A stretch of 64,000 nucleotides of DNA from Bacillota bacterium. Its GTDB lineage: Bacteria > Bacillota > UBA4882 > UBA8346. Each line of letters begins with the position of its first letter. Position 1 is the first letter of the stretch. The stretch lies in NCBI GenBank assembly GCA_023429995.1, contig JAEZCE010000046.1:27283-91282 (forward strand), written 5' to 3'. The translations under genes and the position numbers were made by a program. The notes beneath the pieces are model-generated. The model was not told the DNA's origin, made no database searches, and saw only the letters and a list, made by a program, of their open reading frames with translations. Positions 38,389 through 43,691 of this stretch are shown here, piece by piece.

Positions 38389-38464
38389 TGGTAGTCCTAA
38401 CGAGATTCGAACTCGTGTCTCCGCCGTGAGAGGGCGATGTCCTAGGCCTCTAGACGATAGGACC
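38389..38464 (-). tRNA. tRNA-Glu (anticodon CTC)
   Basis: The reverse complement GGTCCTATCGTCTAGAGGCCTAGGACATCGCCCTCTCACGGCGGAGACACGAGTTCGAATCTCGTTAGGACTACCA folds as a cloverleaf. The anticodon loop is CTCTCAC and CCA is encoded. Confidence 0.9.
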
Positions 38465-38551
38465 AAATAAAGTGTAAATTGAAAAGTGACAAGGGTAAAA
38501 TAAAAACTTTCACATTTTTCTCTTTTCCCTTTTAACTTTTCACTTTTTTGT

Positions 38552-38625
38552 TGGCTGGGGGGGAAGGAATCGAACCCTCACAGACAGAGTCAGAGTCTGT
38601 TGTCCTACCGTTAGACGACCCCCCA
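38552..38625 (-). tRNA. tRNA-Gln (anticodon CTG)
   Basis: The reverse complement TGGGGGGTCGTCTAACGGTAGGACAACAGACTCTGACTCTGTCTGTGAGGGTTCGATTCCTTCCCCCCAGCCA has a U1-A72 acceptor pair, anticodon loop CTCTGAC and encoded CCA. Confidence 0.9.
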
Positions 38626-38638
38626 ACACGCATATTAT

Positions 38639-38667
38639 ATTATAGCAGCGATTATAAATACAGTCAA
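38639..38667 (-). promoter_or_regulatory. Sigma-A consensus promoter of the tRNA-Gln/tRNA-Glu operon
   Basis: On the minus strand: TTGACT (38667-38662), 17-nt spacer, TATAAT (38644-38639). It lies about 14 nt upstream of the tRNA-Gln 5' end. Confidence 0.6.
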
Positions 38668-38722
38668 GCAAAAGTTATATTAGAGGCCAGAGAATTTTAA
38701 CATCCCTTTTATTTTTTTTACG

Positions 38723-38871
38723 CCTCATTCCCCTCCTGCCCCTCATTTCCATTTCTAACTGGGCTTTTAACTTTCCCATTCCAAATTGAAATCCGGTTGT
38801 CATACCCCATCAACCGGTATATCGCCACTACCTGGGGAAAAGAAAAACTGAGGGGAATGAGGGGCAGGAGG
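38723..38871 (+). other. Long-range inverted repeat (C/T-rich arm against G/A-rich arm) enclosing a 7-bp hairpin; the right arm contains an AGGAGG
   Basis: CCTCCTGCCCCTCATT (38732-38747) is the exact complement of AATGAGGGGCAGGAGG (38856-38871). In an alternative register, 38723-38735 pairs with 38850-38862. The inner hairpin is CCGGTTG...CAACCGG (38794-38818). Confidence 0.4.
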
Positions 38872-38881
38872 TTTAAAAAAA

Positions 38882-39136
38882 ATGAAGCCGCTTATTGCCT
38901 CGAAAGACTCAGAAATTTCTAAAAACCAGCCCAAATTGTACTCCGACTTTTGCGTAAGCATACGCAACCGTTGCGCATACATACTTAACTCTCGCGTATG
39001 CTTACGCAACCATCCGGTAGACATACCCAACCGTCGCGCATACATACTTAACTCTCGCGTATGCTTACGCAACTCTCCGGCAAACATACTCAACCGTTGC
39101 GCGAAGGTGCGAAGTCGTTGCTTGACTCCGTTTTAA
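38882..39136 (+). CDS. Speculative 84-aa Arg/Cys-rich repeat peptide; may be non-coding
   Basis: The ATG lies 10 nt after AGGAGG (38866-38871). The ORF runs through the 63-bp (21-codon) tandem repeats, giving (R/P)NR(C/R)AYILNSRVCLRN units. The opposite strand is also open here, so the open frame may simply be a by-product of the repeats. Confidence 0.2.
   Translation: MKPLIASKDSEISKNQPKLYSDFCVSIRNRCAYILNSRVCLRNHPVDIPNRRAYILNSRVCLRNSPANILNRCAKVRSRCLTPF
38950..39105. repeat. 63-bp tandem repeat (2.2 copies) preceded by an inverted partial copy; each unit carries a GCGTA-N4-TACGC palindrome
   Basis: Units 38966-39028 and 39029-39091 differ at 6 of 63 positions, and a third unit starts at 39092. 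TTGCGTAAGCATACGC (38950-38965) is the reverse complement of 38993-39008 and of 39056-39071. Confidence 0.7.
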
Positions 39137-39208
39137 GGCTTAGACATCCTATCCAGGGATGTCAATCCTCATTCTTTCTGAGGCTGTCTATAAAGCAATT
39201 CGAAATCA

Positions 39209-39267
39209 ATAAGAAATACAATATATAGCTTCATCGAATAGGTCGGTTTCAATATATTGTATTTCTT
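39209..39267. repeat. Perfect 16-bp inverted repeat with a 27-nt loop
   Basis: AAGAAATACAATATAT (39209-39224) pairs with ATATATTGTATTTCTT (39252-39267). Confidence 0.6.
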
Positions 39268-39707
39268 GATCGTAAAATTTTCTTTTGGGACAGCCCCACG
39301 AACCGCCCAATCTGTTGGCTTTTAAAAACTCCATAGCCTAAGTGATCTGTCAGCCTTTAATGCTTCTTAAGCCAAAACTTTCCTTCCTCCTTCAGGTCGA
39401 ATACTTTGTATTCGCGGAAGCCAAGAAGAAGGATTGGCTGAATTTCTGCCACATGGACAAAAGCAAACAACCATTTAACTTTTCTAATATTTTAATATTT
39501 CTAAAACAAGATCTAGGTTTTATCATTATGCTTCGTAGTCTATACCGCTGCCCTTAGATCCGCAATCCCAGCCATTTCCCTTTAAGGGCTAGGGTCGCAT
39601 TTAGGCTTTTTTTCATCCTTTCACGTTTACCCGGCTCCAAGACAAACCGCGCAGGCCCGGCAAGTTTTCTGCTAGCCTTGTTAGCAGCACTTGCCGTGGG
39701 TGGGCGA

Positions 39708-41192
39708 CTATTTCAGCACCGCAACCGCATTGTGAATCCGTTTCATCACCCGGTCTTTCCCCAACACACGCATGGTCTCAAAAATACCCGGCGTGGCGGT
39801 GCGGCCGGAAATGGCCACCCGGACCGGCATGAAAACCTGTCCATCGTAAATCCCCAACTCCACAGCCACACTCCGTAGAGCGGCCTCCGTATCCCCCTCC
39901 TTAAACTCCGGCGATACTTCGGCAAGGGCTTTGGCCGCCCCTTCCAGTGATGTCAAAGTTTGCTCTTGGTCCATTTTTTTGGGAATCAAAAGCTCTTTGG
40001 TGGGTGTAGGGATATCCTCCTGTAAAAAATAATTGGTCATCTCCGCCACTTCCGGAACGGACTTCAACCGCTCCCGGATCAAGGGAACAATCTGTAACCA
40101 ATATTGATAGCGTTCCTCCGGACAGGGATCAGGCAACAATCCGGCTTGCTGCAGATAAGGCAGGCAGCGTTTGGCTAAATCCTCCTCAGATAAGCTCCGG
40201 ATATAAACGCCGTTGAACCAGTCCAGTTTCTCAAAAGACAAGGCCACCGGAGAAGCGTTAATCCGTTCAATGGTGAACACTTCCGACGCTTCCTTCAAGG
40301 AAAACATCTCTTGATCGGTGCCCGGATTCCAGCCCAATAACAACAAGAAATTATTTAAAGCCTCCGGCAAAATCCCTTTTTCACGATATTCCCGGACACT
40401 GGTGGCGCCGTGCCTCTTACTGAGCTTGCCTCCGCCCGGCGCCATGAAAAGCGGCAAATGGGCAAATAGAGGCGGCTCCCAGCCAAAAGCCTGATACAGT
40501 AAAATATGCCGCGGCGTACTGGGAATCCACTCTTCCCCCCGCATCACATGGGAAATCTTCATCAAATGATCATCGATGATGTTGGCCAGGTGATAGGTGG
40601 GATAACCGTCAGACTTTAACAACACCAAGTCATCCAGGGTGGAGTTATCGAAATGAAGCTCGCCCCGGAGCAAATCCTTGACCACCGTATGCCCTTCCCG
40701 GGGAATTTTAAAGCGGATTACCGATTTCAAACCGGCCGCCTCTTTTTCACGGCGTTCCGCTTCCGATAAGTTCAGACAGAAACGGTCATAACCGACAGCT
40801 ACCTTTTGCTCTTCCTGTTCTTTCCGGAGGTTTTCCAAACGCTCCGAGGTACAATAGCAACGGTAAGCCTTTCCTTCATCCACCAGTTGCTGGGCGTATT
40901 TTTGATAAAGTTCCAGCCGTTCGGACTGAAAATAAGAGCCGTAATCGCCGCCGACCTCCGGTCCCTCATCCCAATCAATGCCCAGCCAATGCAGGCTGGC
41001 CATGATATCGGTCAAGGCATCCGGCACGTAACGGTTCCGGTCGGTATCCTCAATCCGCAATATGAATTTTCCGCCGTAATGTTTGGCGATCAACCAATTA
41101 TAAAGGGCAGTCCTGGCGCCGCCAATATGTAAATATCCAGTGGGACTGGGGGCAAATCTCACGCGTACTTCGGTATCACTCAATTTTTTCAC
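39708..41192 (-). CDS. gltX: Glutamate--tRNA ligase
   Basis: Class I HIGH motif (PTGYLHIGGARTALYNW) and KMSKS motif (KLSKRHG). Length and layout are GluRS-like. Confidence 0.92.
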   Translation of the reverse strand: MKKLSDTEVRVRFAPSPTGYLHIGGARTALYNWLIAKHYGGKFILRIEDTDRNRYVPDALTDIMASLHWLGIDWDEGPEVGGDYGSYFQSERLELYQKYAQQLVDEGKAYRCYCTSERLENLRKEQEEQKVAVGYDRFCLNLSEAERREKEAAGLKSVIRFKIPREGHTVVKDLLRGELHFDNSTLDDLVLLKSDGYPTYHLANIIDDHLMKISHVMRGEEWIPSTPRHILLYQAFGWEPPLFAHLPLFMAPGGGKLSKRHGATSVREYREKGILPEALNNFLLLLGWNPGTDQEMFSLKEASEVFTIERINASPVALSFEKLDWFNGVYIRSLSEEDLAKRCLPYLQQAGLLPDPCPEERYQYWLQIVPLIRERLKSVPEVAEMTNYFLQEDIPTPTKELLIPKKMDQEQTLTSLEGAAKALAEVSPEFKEGDTEAALRSVAVELGIYDGQVFMPVRVAISGRTATPGIFETMRVLGKDRVMKRIHNAVAVLK

Positions 41193-41271
41193 TCCTGGAA
41201 AGGTTATTGAACCAAACGGAAGTTGGGGGAAACGCTCCTCTCAAGCCGCAAATCGTTTAGTTCGCTTTCTT

Positions 41272-41300
41272 ATCATAATGCGCGGCAGGGGTCAAGTCAA
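41272..41300 (-). promoter_or_regulatory. Candidate sigma-A promoter of gltX
   Basis: On the minus strand: TTGACT (41300-41295), 17-nt spacer, TATGAT (41277-41272). It lies about 75 nt upstream of the start codon. Confidence 0.5.
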
Positions 41301-41407
41301 TATGTTCGGTTAAATTTAATCATCGAAGAATATCCAGTTCGACCGTCAATGAATATCCGGTTGGGGCCATGTTTGTAGATCCAGCGGATGAAAATTTGTT
41401 TCCCTGA

Positions 41408-41992
41408 TCATTTCCCTTTCGCCCACAGCCCATGTTGATTGCAAAAAAAGTAGAACTTCCCGTCGAACATTTTAGGAAAACGTAATTCTGCCGTCTGCTC
41501 CGGGTAAAGCTTCACCAGAAGCATTCTGTCACAGGCCACATAGGCGACAAACGAAATATAGTGGGACTTGCTCATCTCATGCGAAATGGTTACATAGTAA
41601 TCTTCTTCGATTTCTTCCACCATCATCCGGTGCCCGTCATCTTCCGGCCTCACCACCAAAGACTTCAGCTTTCTGCCGCAGCACGAAATTTCCGCTTCGC
41701 CTGTGTTACTGACTACATTTCCGCAGTTTGGACAGACATAAAATTTAATTCGTTTCATATTTCCTCCGTCAGCATCATTCGGGTCCAAATCACCCGCCAG
41801 AATTTTTTCAACATCGACTCCGAATATGTGCGATAGTTCGCTGAGCAAAGATACATCCGGGCAGCCGAGGCCCCGCTCCCATTTGGAAATTGTTTTGTCG
41901 CTGATGTTCATGGCATCCCCAATTTCTTTTTGGGTCATCTGCTTTTCTTGGCGCAGGCGTAAAAGGAGTTTTCCAACTTTGCCGCAATCCAT
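41408..41992 (-). CDS. XRE-type HTH domain fused to a complete desulfoferrodoxin (desulforedoxin + superoxide-reductase domains)
   Basis: N-terminal HTH (MTQKEIGDAMNISDKTISKWERG). Centre I is CPNCG-x13-CCG. Centre II ligands are GHRMMV, SHEMSKSH and the hallmark FFCNQHGLW. GGAGGTG precedes the ATG at 41992. Confidence 0.75.
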   Translation of the reverse strand: MDCGKVGKLLLRLRQEKQMTQKEIGDAMNISDKTISKWERGLGCPDVSLLSELSHIFGVDVEKILAGDLDPNDADGGNMKRIKFYVCPNCGNVVSNTGEAEISCCGRKLKSLVVRPEDDGHRMMVEEIEEDYYVTISHEMSKSHYISFVAYVACDRMLLVKLYPEQTAELRFPKMFDGKFYFFCNQHGLWAKGK

Positions 41993-42129
41993 TGCGCTCA
42001 CCTCCATATCCTAAGAGTAACTGCTGACAGAGGATTTTTCAATCAACGCTCCGTAGAGTTGGGTACGTAATCTATTTTTTTCTTTGGCCCGCCCCGGCGA
42101 ACCGGCTTTGGCGGAAGCCGCCGGAGTTT

Positions 42130-42363
42130 TTAATCGGGATTGATTTTTGAAAAAACCTCAATATCTAGTCTTTTCTGCCATCCGGCTTTTGTCCAAAACC
42201 TTTTCCCCAATTCATTATCGGAAAAAACAAACAAATGGCATTTTGCGATTCCTGCTTCTTGAAGCCGTTGGAGACTTTTCAATATTAATTGCTTGGCTAT
42301 TCCCCGGGAGCGATATTCCGGGGTTACCGCAAGATGATAAATGTACCCCCTATTCTTTTTTCA
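42130..42363 (-). pseudogene. N-terminally truncated GNAT acetyltransferase remnant, in frame behind the upstream TGA
   Basis: It reads KKNRGYIYHLAVTPEYRSRGIAKQLILKSLQRLQEAGIAKCHLFVFSDNELGKRFWTKAGWQKRLDIEVFSKINPD*. That is GNAT motif A onward, with no start codon and about 60 N-terminal residues missing. Confidence 0.55.
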
Positions 42364-42759
42364 TCAAAATATTTTCATTTCATAAAGAGCATAATCCCTT
42401 TCTCCTACAGTTTCCTTGCCTACTTGAACAAACCCCATACTCTCATATAAGGCACAAAGTTTATAGCGGTTCCAGCCGGTGTCCAGTCGTAAATACCGGA
42501 TTCCTTTTTGCTTACATTCCTCCATCGCCGAATTTATCATCCATTGGGATAATCCTTTTCCCGAGTACTTTCTCCTTACGCATAGCTTATGGATAAACCC
42601 GGATTCGCCCTCTTCGATCCGGGGCCAAAACAAGGGGTCGTGCCATTGGACTATCATGGCTGCGGCATTTTCATGACCGACTTTCCCGACCCAGAAATTT
42701 TCCCTCTCGATTCCCTGAAGCAATTTTTCTTTGGACAACTCATCCATGGTCCACATCAA
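42364..42759 (-). CDS. GNAT-family N-acetyltransferase (short, 131 aa)
   Basis: Motif A is IHKLCVRRKYSGKGLSQWMINSAMEE and motif B is LYESMGF. Confidence 0.7.
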   Translation of the reverse strand: MMWTMDELSKEKLLQGIERENFWVGKVGHENAAAMIVQWHDPLFWPRIEEGESGFIHKLCVRRKYSGKGLSQWMINSAMEECKQKGIRYLRLDTGWNRYKLCALYESMGFVQVGKETVGERDYALYEMKIF

Positions 42760-42841
42760 AATACCTTAGGCCCCAACGGCATCGGTTACTCTCCCCCATT
42801 AGGGGAGAGCAAGAGAGAGGTCTAGATTTTCATTTTCTTTG

Positions 42842-43648
42842 CTAAAGTCCATACCCGCTTTCGACCAATTCCGTCAGCCTTGAAACAAACCGGGCAGCCG
42901 GAGCGCCATCCACAACATCATGGTCAATGAGGATGGTCATGTGGAGGTATTCCCGGATCGCGATTTGATCCTTAACCACACCCGGTTTCTTGACGATGGA
43001 CCCCAAAGCGAAACAAACCGGGAGAATGCTGACCGGGATGACCCACCCTCTGACATGGCCCATCATTCCGACGGAAGTTACCACAACCGTTCCGGACATC
43101 TTTTTCATTAAAAAAGGATTGGTTAAGATGAATCGTTTCCAAATCATAATTCGGATAAATTGCGGCAAGGCAACGTAAAATTTCATGGCCCACTTGTATT
43201 GATTTTCCCCCAGTACGTAATCCTGCTCATTTTTCACTTCTTGTTCTTTGGCTTGTTGAATTTCCCGCTGAATTTCGGGTGGGGTTTTTTGGTTCACTTT
43301 CCGGATCACCAGGGGGAGGGGAACTTTCTCTCCCCGGATTTCTTTTTCAATGATCACCGAGATATCAATATCGTCGAAAAGAATCAGTTTATTCTTGCCT
43401 TTTCGGATGGCGTGGACGGTTTTATGTTCATCAATCGCCTGACCGATACATTTTAGGATCCAAGCCGTAAAGGAAAGGTTTTCTTTCTTCTGGTTGCGGT
43501 ATTTTTTGATCCATTGCCGGGCCTCGGTCACATCCAGCTCAATAAGGGCCTTGATATGGTGTTTTCTCAGACCAAGGAAACCGGCGTCGAAGGTTCCTTG
43601 CCTGCTGGACGGGAATTCTTTCACTTCATATTGAATTTTTTCCCTCAC
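42842..43648 (-). CDS. Stand-alone 2-oxoacid-dehydrogenase E2-type (CAT-superfamily) acyltransferase catalytic domain
   Basis: C-terminal catalytic motif LIDHDVVDGAPAARF (DHxxxDG). AAGGAGGG lies 7 nt upstream of the GTG at 43648; the track TTG at 43666 is the alternative start. The gene starts 44 nt after the PKS stop. Confidence 0.7.
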   Translation of the reverse strand: MREKIQYEVKEFPSSRQGTFDAGFLGLRKHHIKALIELDVTEARQWIKKYRNQKKENLSFTAWILKCIGQAIDEHKTVHAIRKGKNKLILFDDIDISVIIEKEIRGEKVPLPLVIRKVNQKTPPEIQREIQQAKEQEVKNEQDYVLGENQYKWAMKFYVALPQFIRIMIWKRFILTNPFLMKKMSGTVVVTSVGMMGHVRGWVIPVSILPVCFALGSIVKKPGVVKDQIAIREYLHMTILIDHDVVDGAPAARFVSRLTELVESGYGL

Positions 43649-43691
43649 GGTTCTGCCCTCCTTCAAAGGCGGCTAAAAGCCTACGCTTAAC

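Noticed and set aside
38800-39093. 97-aa minus-strand ORF over the 63-bp repeats.
   Set aside because: It is open only because the 63-bp unit is a multiple of three and lacks stops in several frames. It has no RBS. The plus-strand ORF at least has an AGGAGG, and even that one is only a low-confidence call.
38950-39105. Possible CRISPR array.
   Set aside because: The intervening sequences are themselves repeated, so this is a true tandem 63-bp unit rather than repeat plus unique spacer. There are only about 2.2 copies, and the window has no cas genes.
41193-41407. T-box riboswitch upstream of gltX.
   Set aside because: A consensus-like promoter leaves only about 75 nt of leader. There is no T-box sequence (…GGTGGTACCGCG…), specifier-loop architecture or terminator/antiterminator pair.
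42364-42366. Selenocysteine or programmed read-through at the in-frame TGA between the two GNAT modules.
   Set aside because: I saw no SECIS-like hairpin immediately downstream. The second module lacks its N-terminal half, so a fusion product would not be a sensible double GNAT. A deletion remnant is the more economical explanation.
42147-42596. 149-aa plus-strand ORF across the GNAT genes.
   Set aside because: It is antisense to two GNAT reading frames that show motifs A and B, and it has no RBS or domain.
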